Shown in pieces: positions 10,457-19,485 of a stretch of DNA of 64,000 nucleotides. The notes beneath the pieces are model-generated. The model was not told the origin of the DNA. It ran no database searches and worked only from the letters and a program-made list of their open reading frames with translations. Each line of letters opens with the position of its first letter. The first letter of the stretch is position 1. Position numbers and translations under genes: made by a program. This stretch comes from an uncultured Acidimicrobiia bacterium (GTDB lineage: Bacteria > Acidobacteriota > Terriglobia > Versatilivoradales > Versatilivoraceae), in NCBI GenBank assembly GCA_963786955.1, contig CAWBAT010000005.1, positions 1,248,001 to 1,312,000 on the forward strand, in the 5' to 3' direction.

Positions 10457-10502
10457 ACTTTGACTCTTCTGCACGTCCACCAGTGCAAATAAAGGATACG
10501 TA

Positions 10503-11534
10503 ATGGCACAGGTCTCTATGAGCGGGATGATAGTCCGAGGTATCGTTGGCTGTGTACCGGAGAGAGAAATTTCCAATGAGAAGGACTATCCGTGGTTCGA
10601 AGCTTCTGATATCCAAAGACTCACCGACATGGTGGGGGTCAAGACGCGTCGGATGGCAGATGAAAAAACCTGTACTTCGGATTTGTGTCGATCCGCCGCT
10701 GCTCACCTGCTCAATGAATTAGACTGGGATCCAGCCAGCGTGGACGGATTGGTCCTCGTCACTCAAACCCCGGACTATGTAATGCCTTCAACTAGTTGCA
10801 TCCTTCAGCACCGGCTGGGGTTGCCGGAGTCCTGCGCAGCCTTCGACGTGAATCTGGGTTGTTCTGCCTATCCTTACGGAATGTTTCTGGCCAATTCACT
10901 GCTCTTCTCGAAGGCGTGCCGTCGAATTCTGCTGCTGACCGGTGACACCCCTACAAAATTGGTCGACCCTAAGGATCGTGGTACGGCTCTAGTGTTTGGC
11001 GATGCCGGCTGTGCGACGGCGCTAGAGGGAAGCGATGACCCTGAAACCCGGTCACATTATGTCATGATGACCGATGGAAAAGGAGCTTGCGATCTGATCG
11101 TTCCCGGAGGCATGTTTCGAGAGCGTTTTCCTGAAGACCGTTCCCGCTACTGGCTCCACATGGATGGCGTGCAGATCTTCGACTTCACGCGCAACCGTGT
11201 TCCGTCCTTGATTCAAGACCTGCTCGCTTTGTCAGGTCGAATGCCGGAAGAATACGCCTATTTCATCTTTCACCAGGCCAATGAGTATTTGATCAAGTTT
11301 CTGGCCGGTCGAGCAGGAATCAGTATGGACAAGGTGCCGTGCTCGATCGGGCAATTCGGAAATACTGGGGCCGCTTCTGTGCCGCTGACGCTGGCGCTAG
11401 CCGGTTCGCCAACGGGAAGAGACGGGAACCCCTATCACGTCATGTTGTTGGGATTCGGTGTCGGGCTCTCTTGGGGAGGGGTTTCCCTTCGTTTCCCCGC
11501 TGACTGTTTTCTTGGGCACTCTGTATATGGTTGA
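10503..11534 (+). CDS. fabH: 3-oxoacyl-ACP synthase III family protein, copy 1
   Basis: FDVNLGCS (catalytic Cys), FGDAG, FHQAN (His), FGNT (Asn), GFGVGLSWG. Confidence 0.9.
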   Translation: MAQVSMSGMIVRGIVGCVPEREISNEKDYPWFEASDIQRLTDMVGVKTRRMADEKTCTSDLCRSAAAHLLNELDWDPASVDGLVLVTQTPDYVMPSTSCILQHRLGLPESCAAFDVNLGCSAYPYGMFLANSLLFSKACRRILLLTGDTPTKLVDPKDRGTALVFGDAGCATALEGSDDPETRSHYVMMTDGKGACDLIVPGGMFRERFPEDRSRYWLHMDGVQIFDFTRNRVPSLIQDLLALSGRMPEEYAYFIFHQANEYLIKFLAGRAGISMDKVPCSIGQFGNTGAASVPLTLALAGSPTGRDGNPYHVMLLGFGVGLSWGGVSLRFPADCFLGHSVYG

Positions 11535-11697
11535 ACATTTAATCCGTTAGAATATGTGAATAGATTCCGCCGGGTCTGGGATCCGGTCTACAACTATGTT
11601 CTAAGCTCATCTGAAGAATTGTGGGTTTGATGCTTTCTCAAATCCTCAACCTTACGCGGCGACTCACCTCAAATCAGAAATCTTTTCACGCCAACTT

Positions 11698-11826
11698 ATT
11701 ACTGCTATTCGTAATTACGGTGACGTTTCTGAGGTTAGGCGCCGCGTGGGGTCACGCGGCCTACAAAGTTGTAGGCCGGGTCACCGACCCGGCGTTAACG
11801 TCACCGTATTTATGAATTCTTGTACT
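11698..11826. mobile_element. MITE-like element, family A, copy 1 (129 bp)
   Basis: About 29-bp imperfect TIRs (ATTACTGCTATTCGTAATTACGGTGACGT / ACGTCACCGTATTTATGAATTCTTGTACT), internal GGCCTACAAAGTTGTAGGCC; reverse-orientation copies at 40830 and 62708. Confidence 0.8.
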
Positions 11827-12000
11827 TAGTTATTGGAGGAATCTCGAATTGGGGTGCTTGTCGAGTGCGCGGCCAAAGGCTTGGCGGTCCGTATCTGCCG
11901 CCGCCGCTCAATAAGCTGCGTTTTGCAGAAACGACCTACAGTTAACGTCCGTAACTATCGCAATATTTTGGGTACTTTAAATCTAACTTCGGGGAACATT

Positions 12001-12240
12001 ATGAGCAAACAAATGGGGCTGGAATGGTTGACAGAAGTACTCGGGGTGCGAAGCCGTACTTTAACCATGGAGGATACAAGGCTGTCAGTCAGTGAATGGG
12101 ACTCATTGGGCATGCTGATGCTCTTGTCACGATTAGAAGAGGATCACGGCATTTTTGTCAGTGCTGACGAAATTGCCAAAATCGAGTCGGTCAAAGAGAT
12201 CTGTGAGATTTTGGAGAGAAAAGCTGTTTTTTCAAAGTGA
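12001..12240 (+). CDS. Acyl carrier protein (paralog of 18991..19233)
   Basis: 79 aa, acidic, WDSL phosphopantetheine motif followed by LEEDHGI. Confidence 0.85.
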   Translation: MSKQMGLEWLTEVLGVRSRTLTMEDTRLSVSEWDSLGMLMLLSRLEEDHGIFVSADEIAKIESVKEICEILERKAVFSK

Positions 12241-12255
12241 CCCGCTTTTTGAGCC

Positions 12256-12366
12256 ATGCGATTTATTCTGGTAGACGATATCTTGGAGTTGGAGCCGCTA
12301 TTGCAGCGCCTCCAAAGTCATGTCTCAGAGCCAGATCGAGTCGGTCAGTTGCGAAACCTTTTTTGA
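12256..12366 (+). pseudogene. fabZ-like 5' remnant
   Basis: MRFILVDDILELEP matches MRFLLVDQILELEP at 19214; homology is then lost and a stop follows. Confidence 0.75.
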
Positions 12367-12428
12367 GGGAAGCGCTCCGCTCTTTAAGAGGATAGGGGGG
12401 AAAGAGTTTCCCCCACTTCAGACCTGGC

Positions 12429-12575
12429 GGTGTGAAAGAATTGGAAAACGCTGCGTGAGGTTCAGGCTTTGAGAAAGCCTGAAGCCTACAATGATTTCAA
12501 AGGGCATACCATTATGTTGTAGGCATGAAGCATTCTCAACGCTTCATCCCCGACCCGGCGCAATCTTTTCACACC
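12429..12575. mobile_element. MITE-like element, family B, copy 1
   Basis: Ends GGTGTGAAAGAATTGG and CAATCTTTTCACACC form an imperfect TIR; related ends at 41150-41296 and about 50172-50231. Confidence 0.6.
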
Positions 12576-12782
12576 TTCCCTGTTTGGGGGGGATGCCCTC
12601 GAATAGGGTTCCCGCGCTAAGTACTAATTGCGGACCTGTATATATATGTGGGATTGACGTTCTTGGTTGTACTCAGAATTTGCTTATCGGCCGGCTGTCA
12701 GACGCTCTACCTGTTTCCTATTGGCCTCGCTTTTTTGCTATCCCTTTAACCTTACCAATGCCTAGCGATTAGGTTTTTTTCT

Positions 12783-14801
12783 ATGTGTGGAATCGTTGGA
12801 GAATTAGGTCCTCTAGCCTGTGACGAAGCCCAATTGCTCCGCATGATGGGGATGTTGACCCATCGTGGCCCTGACGAAGCGGGTCTCCTTATTGCCGAAG
12901 GCGTGGCTCTTGGTCACCTGCGTCTCAGCATCATTGACTTGGCACAGGGCCAGCAGCCTATGCGAAGCAGAAACGGTCGATATTGGGTCGTCTTTAATGG
13001 AGAGATTTTCAATTATTTGGAACTAAAGAAAGAACTCGAGAGTTTGGGTCACATTTTCCAAACGAACAGCGACACAGAAGTTCTCCTCAATTCTTATGAC
13101 CATTGGGGGCCCGACTGTTTGAAAAAGTTCAACGGGCAATGGGCCTTTGCCATTTGGGATCTCAAAGAGCAGTCTTTTTTTCTGGCCCGTGACCGCTGGG
13201 GGGTTCGGCCCCTTTTTTACAGCTGGCTCCCTGATGGTAGGACCTTGGTGTTTGGCTCAGAAATCAAGGCTATCCTGGCAGACGATCGTGTTTCACGGAA
13301 GTGGGATCACGAAGCGTTGCGGGATATCTTTGTGAGTTGGGTCCCTACGTCAAATCGAACGCCATTGCACTCAATCTCCCAGCTACCGCCGGGAGCATAT
13401 ATGATCTACCGAAATGGAAGCTCCAAAATCCGGTATTGGTGGAAGCTTGATTATAGTCCAGAGGCGGTAGATTGGAAGCGGAGCGAGGAAAGCTGGTGTG
13501 AGGAGATCCGCAGTACACTTCAGGAAGCATGCCGTTTGCGGCTACGCGCCGATGTACCTGTCGGGGCTTATCTGTCTGGGGGAATGGATTCGAGTATCAT
13601 TTCGTCTCTGACGCGGCAGCTCCACCGGAATGAGCTGAAGACCTTTTCAATTGCATTTGAAGATGGCCCTATGGATGAGTCGGAATTTCAACAGCTGATG
13701 GCCAGGCATCTAGGGACAGACCATCACCAGCTGCTTACAAGTAAAGAGAGTATCGCAATGGATTTCCCGAAAACGGTTTGGCACGCGGAGACTCCAATCT
13801 ATCGGACGGCTCCTGTTCCAATGATGCAACTCGCCGGGCTGGTGCGCCAAACACCGGTGAAGGTTATCCTTACCGGAGAAGGAGCAGACGAGTTATTTGG
13901 AGGGTACGATCAATTCAAAGAAGACAAGATCAGACGCTTTTGGGCAAGCCAGCCAAACTCGGCTTGGCGGAAACGATTGCTAGAGCGGCTCGACACGCAG
14001 GCGGCAAATGCCACCCAGCGATCACGCGCCTTTTGGTTTGCTTTCTTTCAAAATCATCTCACCCAAACCGATGCTCCTGGGTATTCCCATTACCCGCGGT
14101 GGCAAAACGGGATGGCGCTGCTAGGTATGCTCGAGCCAGCAATTCTAAGGAATTCAAAAATTGTTGCGGACGATTCCTGGATTAAAGCTGTAGAGAAGAC
14201 CGTTCCACCATGCTTTGGTCAATGGTCGCCACTTTCCAGGGCACAATATTGGGAAACGACCCAGCTTTTGTCGGGGTATTTACTGTCTTCCCAGGGGGAT
14301 CGCATGAGCATGGCTCACTCGGTTGAGGGAAGATATCCCTTCCTCGATGTGAATCTCTGTGAATTGGTGCGGCAGATCCCTCCAACTTTGAAACTTCATG
14401 TCCTTAACGAGAAATTCGTTCTGAGGCAGGCATTCAAAAATGTCGTTCCGTCTCAGATCCTCAGCCGCAGAAAGAAAGCATATCGTGCTCCAGAGGGGTC
14501 CGCATTGCTGCATCCTGCCTGCCGTGAGGCGTTCCAAGAGAGTCTTTCAGAGGCCGGAGTGAGGCAGCGTGGGTTACTAGATCCTGTGGCCATTTCAAAA
14601 CTGCGGACCCGCATGCAACAAGCTTCGGGATCTTCCATTCGCGACAACATTGGTCTGGTCCTGGCTTATTCAACTCACCTTTTCCATGACTTGTTTGTGC
14701 GGGGGAAAATGGAGCCTAATCCTCTGCCTACGGTGAGAGTAAATGTACGGTTCTCTACGAGAGCAGATGAAATGACGAGCTCCCACAGCAGGGTTGTCTG
14801 A
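12783..14801 (+). CDS. asnB: Asparagine synthase-like glutamine amidotransferase (AsnB family)
   Basis: MCGI N-terminal Cys, HRGPD, RLSIID, FNGEIFN, LSGGMDSS, TGEGADELFGGY, DRMSMAHSVEGRYPFLD. Confidence 0.93.
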   Translation: MCGIVGELGPLACDEAQLLRMMGMLTHRGPDEAGLLIAEGVALGHLRLSIIDLAQGQQPMRSRNGRYWVVFNGEIFNYLELKKELESLGHIFQTNSDTEVLLNSYDHWGPDCLKKFNGQWAFAIWDLKEQSFFLARDRWGVRPLFYSWLPDGRTLVFGSEIKAILADDRVSRKWDHEALRDIFVSWVPTSNRTPLHSISQLPPGAYMIYRNGSSKIRYWWKLDYSPEAVDWKRSEESWCEEIRSTLQEACRLRLRADVPVGAYLSGGMDSSIISSLTRQLHRNELKTFSIAFEDGPMDESEFQQLMARHLGTDHHQLLTSKESIAMDFPKTVWHAETPIYRTAPVPMMQLAGLVRQTPVKVILTGEGADELFGGYDQFKEDKIRRFWASQPNSAWRKRLLERLDTQAANATQRSRAFWFAFFQNHLTQTDAPGYSHYPRWQNGMALLGMLEPAILRNSKIVADDSWIKAVEKTVPPCFGQWSPLSRAQYWETTQLLSGYLLSSQGDRMSMAHSVEGRYPFLDVNLCELVRQIPPTLKLHVLNEKFVLRQAFKNVVPSQILSRRKKAYRAPEGSALLHPACREAFQESLSEAGVRQRGLLDPVAISKLRTRMQQASGSSIRDNIGLVLAYSTHLFHDLFVRGKMEPNPLPTVRVNVRFSTRADEMTSSHSRVV

Positions 14802-14846
14802 CCCTTTCATAGTGCGAAATTTTGCCTGTACCTCTGAAGAGGATAG

Positions 14847-15146
14847 ATGACTATTCGACCCCTTATTACGGACCAGATGGTTATTCAAGAAGTCAAGAGT
14901 TTCATTCTCGATACCATTTTAATTGGTAGTTACGAAGATTCGCTGCAGCCTCAAGACTCCTTTCTTCAGAAGGGAATTCTCGACAGTACAGGAGTCCTCG
15001 AACTAGTACAGTTTCTGGAAGAACAATATGGGTTCTTATGCAGTGACCAGGAAATCACGCCAGAAAACTTAGACTCTCTGCAAAGTATATCTACCTTCGT
15101 ACTTCGCAAGCTCTCGCAATCTTCCTCGACGGCACTTGCAAGGTAG
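14847..15146 (+). CDS. Acyl carrier protein
   Basis: GILDSTGVLELVQFLEEQYG..EITPENLDS, the carrier type usually found with AsnB/AMP-ligase cassettes; the start may be a later Met. Confidence 0.88.
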   Translation: MTIRPLITDQMVIQEVKSFILDTILIGSYEDSLQPQDSFLQKGILDSTGVLELVQFLEEQYGFLCSDQEITPENLDSLQSISTFVLRKLSQSSSTALAR

Positions 15147-15168
15147 GGCGCGCTCCGGTAGCGCGACG
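15143..15168 (+). repeat. GTAG-type REP-like palindrome
   Basis: GTAGGGCGCGCTCCGGTAGCGCGACG; its TAG is the stop codon of the ACP gene; relatives at 17872 and 50076. Confidence 0.55.
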
Positions 15169-15272
15169 CAAGTAAACGGTTTTTGCGAAACCGTCTCATC
15201 CTTGCGGGTGCTGAGACCGACGGCATTTCCCTCTAGTGTGCCTCGTGTGGCCAACGCCCCTTTCCATAAATA

Positions 15273-16826
15273 ATGATTGATCCTTCATCCATCCAGCCTG
15301 AGATCTTGACGATGCAAGATCTCCTTCTTAGGGCGTCCCAACGTTCTGGAAGTGCTATAGCCCTCCTCCATGACGGCCAAGTCTGGACGTACTCTGAAGT
15401 GTATTTGCGAGCGCTCCAATATGCCGCTGCATTGCGCGCTGCAGAACTGCAACCAGGGGATCGGGTGGCTCTCCTCATGGAGAACGGCCTGGAGTACGTG
15501 GCAGCCTATTTCGGGATATTCTTTGCAGGAGGGATCGCAGTCCCCCTGGATGCACGTACAGAACCCCTCCTTCTACTATCCCTTCGGGAGGATTGTAAAG
15601 CTAGACACCAAGTCGTTAGCCCATCCCAGATGAATCGTTTATGCAAGACTTTACCCCAATTGTTTGAACTCGACTGGTTGATACTCCCAGACCGAACCAA
15701 TCTGGGGCAGAGTGGGACCAGGGTCTTGATAGCCTCTGAATTTTCTCCCACTCCAATCTACTCGGCAGCTTGTCCAGCGGATCCTGCCGTGATCAATTAC
15801 ACTTCCGGCTCATCCGGCGCATCCAAGGGAGTTGTGGTCAGTCATCGGGCAATTCTGGCGAACACGCGAAGCATTGTGTCTTATCTGGAATTAGGACCCG
15901 AGGACCGCATGATGCAAATCCTCCCATTCTCTTACTGCTACGGGGCTTCTTTGCTGCACACCCACTTCCTGGCTGGGGGTAGCGTTGTCATTGATAATCG
16001 CTTTCTATACCCCAGCGCGGTTATCGAAAATATGAAGCAGACGCGTTGCACAGGCTTTGCCGGGGTACCCAGTACCTTCCATACATTGGCGACAAAGTGT
16101 AATCTGAAGAAGAACGTTTATCCGGGCCTTCGCTATATGACCCAGGCGGGTGGACCGATGAAGCCTGAACTCGTTGACAGGATCCGGGAGGCGATTGACC
16201 CGGCTCAACTCTTTATTATGTACGGGCAAACAGAAGCTACGGCACGACTGACCTTTTTGGACCCGAGCCGATGGAGTGACAAACGAGGCAGCGTTGGCAA
16301 ACCCATACCCGGGGTTTTGCTGCGAATCGTGTCGGAAGAAGGGGAAATCTTGCCTGCTGGCTCCGTGGGAGAAATCTGGGTTTCCGGCGAAAATCTAATG
16401 GCTGGATACTGGCAGAAACCGGAAGAAACGCGACAGGTGCTTCAAGACGGCTGGTTGCGAACAGGGGATTTGGGAGTCCAGGATCAGGAAGGTTTCCTTT
16501 ATGTCAAAGGGCGCTTGCGAGACTTCATCAAGAGCAGTGGATACCGGATTAGTCCGCAGGAGATTGAAGAGGTGCTTAGCCGCCACCCAGCGGTTAGCGA
16601 ATGTTTCGTAGTCGGGGTGCCAGATGACCAGCTGGGAGAAAGGATCGCCGCTGTCGTTTCCCTGAAACATGGAATGGAGCTTGGTCAGAGTGACCTGTTG
16701 CATCACTGTAAAACCTCGCTTGCGCCCCATAAGATCCCACGGCAAGTCACTTTTCTTCCCGAAATTCCGAAGTCAAGCTCAGGGAAAGTGCAACGGGAGT
16801 CTCTTTTGCGTCATTTGGTTTCTTAG
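15273..16826 (+). CDS. AMP-dependent acyl/aminoacyl-ACP (or CoA) ligase
   Basis: YTSGSSGASKG, MYGQTEA, LRTGDLG, IKSSGYRISPQEIE, PKSSSGK. Confidence 0.92.
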   Translation: MIDPSSIQPEILTMQDLLLRASQRSGSAIALLHDGQVWTYSEVYLRALQYAAALRAAELQPGDRVALLMENGLEYVAAYFGIFFAGGIAVPLDARTEPLLLLSLREDCKARHQVVSPSQMNRLCKTLPQLFELDWLILPDRTNLGQSGTRVLIASEFSPTPIYSAACPADPAVINYTSGSSGASKGVVVSHRAILANTRSIVSYLELGPEDRMMQILPFSYCYGASLLHTHFLAGGSVVIDNRFLYPSAVIENMKQTRCTGFAGVPSTFHTLATKCNLKKNVYPGLRYMTQAGGPMKPELVDRIREAIDPAQLFIMYGQTEATARLTFLDPSRWSDKRGSVGKPIPGVLLRIVSEEGEILPAGSVGEIWVSGENLMAGYWQKPEETRQVLQDGWLRTGDLGVQDQEGFLYVKGRLRDFIKSSGYRISPQEIEEVLSRHPAVSECFVVGVPDDQLGERIAAVVSLKHGMELGQSDLLHHCKTSLAPHKIPRQVTFLPEIPKSSSGKVQRESLLRHLVS

Positions 16827-16848
16827 AGAAATGCATACGAAAAAGGAC

Positions 16849-17835
16849 ATGTCTCGCAATCTCGAATGGTTGAAAATCGATCTGGAAGTTGAAGCCTTCA
16901 GGATTTCTCAGTTCATTAGGAAGGGGATCGCGGCAACTTTTCGGAAGAGAGGTGCTGTCGTGGCTGTGAGCGGAGGAATTGACAGCAGTACGACAGCGGC
17001 GCTCTGTGTTCGAGCTCTCGGACCAGAACATGTGTTTGCCTTGCTGATGCCCGAAAAGGATTCGAGCCGTGAAAGCCTCCATTTTGGCAAGATTCTGGTC
17101 CAGCATCTGGGCATCCCCTATCAGGTTATTGATATTGGTCCGATTCTTGAATCGATGGGGTGCTACCAGTATCGCGATGAAGCGATTTATGAAATCATCC
17201 CGGAGTATTCCCCCGATTGGAAAAATAAGATCGTCCTGACGGGCGGCTCAGAGACAGGGAGTCGAATCAACTTCTTTTCTGTGGTTGTCGAGTCCCCGGA
17301 AGGCGTTCAATTTCAGAAAAGACTTCCTTGGAAGAATTATTTGCAGGTCGTGGCTGCCACGAACATGAAGCAACGGACTCGCAAGTCGCTGGAATACTTC
17401 CATGCTGACCGGCTAAACTATGCAGTAGCGGGAACACCGAACTTGCTGGAATATGACCAGGGATTCTTTGTCAAGCTTGGGGATGGTGCGGCCGACTTGA
17501 AACCTATCGCCCATCTCTACAAGACCCAAGTCTACGCGATGGCGCGCCACCTTGGGCTCCCCGAAGAATTGTGCACTCGTCAGCCAACAACTGACACCTA
17601 TAGCTTGGATCAGACACAAGAGGAGTTCTTTTTTCAGGCTCCGCACCAATTACTCGATCTTGTGCTCTGGGGCTTTTCCCAAGGGCTTGCTCCTGAGGCG
17701 ATTGCAGTGGGGGCTTCCGTTCCGGTCGAGAGGGTGAACGCACTGATCAAGGATATCCAGCAGAAGCGCCAGACGACAGAGCCCTTGCACCTTCCAGCCT
17801 TAACGGTTGAACCTGTCCAGTTTGGTCAGGACTGA
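16849..17835 (+). CDS. nadE: NAD+ synthetase-like (NadE, ammonia-dependent type) ATP pyrophosphatase paralog
   Basis: SGGIDSS PP-loop, NMKQRTRK, GTPNLLEYDQGFFVKLGDG, PIAHLYKTQVY; AAGGA upstream of ATG 16849. Confidence 0.85.
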   Translation: MSRNLEWLKIDLEVEAFRISQFIRKGIAATFRKRGAVVAVSGGIDSSTTAALCVRALGPEHVFALLMPEKDSSRESLHFGKILVQHLGIPYQVIDIGPILESMGCYQYRDEAIYEIIPEYSPDWKNKIVLTGGSETGSRINFFSVVVESPEGVQFQKRLPWKNYLQVVAATNMKQRTRKSLEYFHADRLNYAVAGTPNLLEYDQGFFVKLGDGAADLKPIAHLYKTQVYAMARHLGLPEELCTRQPTTDTYSLDQTQEEFFFQAPHQLLDLVLWGFSQGLAPEAIAVGASVPVERVNALIKDIQQKRQTTEPLHLPALTVEPVQFGQD

Positions 17836-17871
17836 CTTGTGGCGCCCGCTCCCCCTGCTTTGCTGCCTAAG

Positions 17872-17897
17872 GTAGGGCGGTCTCGCTGAGACCGCCG
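17872..17897 (+). repeat. GTAG-type REP-like palindrome
   Basis: GTAGGGCGGTCTCGCTGAGACCGCCG, identical to the arm at 50076. Confidence 0.7.
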
Positions 17898-17932
17898 TCA
17901 ACGAAAACAATAAAATAACGATGGAATAAGCA

Positions 17933-18973
17933 ATGGCCCAAGTCTCACTTTCAGGCATGGTTGTCCGAGGCATCGTTGGTTGTGTACCGGAAAGAGAAGT
18001 TTCCAACGAAAAGGACTATCCGTGGTTCGCAGCTTCTGAGATCCGAAAAGTCACGGGCATGGCTGGGATCAAGTCTCGTCGCATAGCAGAAGAGAAAACT
18101 TGTACTTCTGACCTGTGTCGCGCAGCGGCTCTCAGATTGATCCAGGCTCTCAAATGGGACCCTTTGACAGTCGATGGCCTGATCCTTGTCACCCAAACCC
18201 AGGACTACGTAATGCCTTCAACTAGTTGCATCCTCCAGCACCGGCTGGGGTTGCCGGAGTCCTGCGCAGCCTTCGACGTGAATCTTGGTTGTTCTGCCTA
18301 TGTTTACGGAATGTGGCTGGCCAATTCACTGCTCTTCTCGAAGGCCTGCCGGCGAATTCTACTGCTGACTGGCGAGACCCCTTCAAAATTCGTCGACCCC
18401 AAGGATCGTGGTACGGCTCTAATCTTTGGCGATGCCGGGAGTGCGACGGCGCTGGAGGCCACCGATGATCCTGAAACCCGGGCACATTATGTCATGATGA
18501 CCGATGGAAAAGGAGCTTGCGATCTGATCGTTCCCGGAGGGATGTTTCGAGAGCGCTTTCCTGAAGACCGTTCCCGTTACTGGCTCCACATGGATGGCGG
18601 GCATATTTTCGACTTCACGCGCAACCGTGTTCCGTCCTTGATTCAAGACCTGCTCGCTTTGTCAGGTCGAATACCGGAAGAATACGCCTATTTCATCTTT
18701 CACCAGGCCAATGAGTATTTGATCAAGTTTCTGGCCGGTCGAGCGGGAATCAGTATGGACAAGGTGCCGTGTTCGATCGGCCAATTCGGGAACACTGGGG
18801 CCGCTTCTGTGCCACTGACGCTGGCAGTAGCCGGTTCGCCAACGGGAAGGGACGGGACCCCCTATCACGTCATGCTACTGGGATTCGGTGTCGGGCTTTC
18901 TTGGGGAGGGGTTTCCATTAAGTTCCCCGCAAATTGCATGCTGGATCATATTGTCTACCAGGCGTTGACTTGA
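17933..18973 (+). CDS. fabH: 3-oxoacyl-ACP synthase III family protein, copy 2
   Basis: Same Cys-His-Asn motifs; close paralog of 10503..11534. Confidence 0.9.
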   Translation: MAQVSLSGMVVRGIVGCVPEREVSNEKDYPWFAASEIRKVTGMAGIKSRRIAEEKTCTSDLCRAAALRLIQALKWDPLTVDGLILVTQTQDYVMPSTSCILQHRLGLPESCAAFDVNLGCSAYVYGMWLANSLLFSKACRRILLLTGETPSKFVDPKDRGTALIFGDAGSATALEATDDPETRAHYVMMTDGKGACDLIVPGGMFRERFPEDRSRYWLHMDGGHIFDFTRNRVPSLIQDLLALSGRIPEEYAYFIFHQANEYLIKFLAGRAGISMDKVPCSIGQFGNTGAASVPLTLAVAGSPTGRDGTPYHVMLLGFGVGLSWGGVSIKFPANCMLDHIVYQALT

Positions 18974-18990
18974 TCCCAATAGGGGGCCCT

Positions 18991-19233
18991 ATGGACACAC
19001 AGAAGGCATTGGAATGGCTAAGTGAAGTCCTGGCGGTCCAAGATCGGACGCTGACACTGCAAGATAGCCGCAACACCGTGGCCGAGTGGGATTCACTGGG
19101 CGCGTTGCTTCTCCTCTCTCGGCTGGAAGAAGATCTGCAGATTGTGATCAGTACCGATGAGATTGCAGCGATGAGCACCATCCAGGAAATCTGTGAATTG
19201 ATGGAAAGAAACAATGCGTTTTCTGCTGGTTGA
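18991..19233 (+). CDS. Acyl carrier protein
   Basis: WDSL motif, LEEDLQI; paralog of 12001..12240. Confidence 0.85.
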   Translation: MDTQKALEWLSEVLAVQDRTLTLQDSRNTVAEWDSLGALLLLSRLEEDLQIVISTDEIAAMSTIQEICELMERNNAFSAG

Positions 19234-19420
19234 CCAGATTCTTGAATTGGAACCGGTGAAAAGAATCATCACTTCGAAATGGGCGGCTCCGGATGAAGAT
19301 TATTTTGCCGACCATTTCCCAGGCTACCCGGTTGTTCCCGGGGTTCTCCTCTTGGAAATGATTGCCCAGTCTGCCGGCAAATGCCTGATGGCTGGTATGG
19401 ACTCCGCACTTGTAGCGTAG
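19214..19420 (+). pseudogene. fabZ: Truncated FabZ/FabA-like 3-hydroxyacyl-ACP dehydratase
   Basis: FLLVDQI and catalytic HFPGYPVVPGVLLLEMIAQ are present, but it stops at 68 aa, about half of a hot-dog fold. Confidence 0.8.
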
Positions 19421-19485
19421 CTCACCAAAGCAGACCCGCCAGCGATACCATTTGGTTTCATGGCCGAATCAAAAAAGAGCCCGAG

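Noticed and set aside
11621-12000. ORF 11621..11815 and the long N-terminal extension of ORF 11833
   Set aside because: The first reads through the MITE; ACP homology starts only at ATG 12001.
12783-14801. AsnB homologs (also 44129..46006) as lasso-peptide cyclases
   Set aside because: Both keep the N-terminal Cys glutaminase domain, and no precursor, RRE or leader peptidase is visible.
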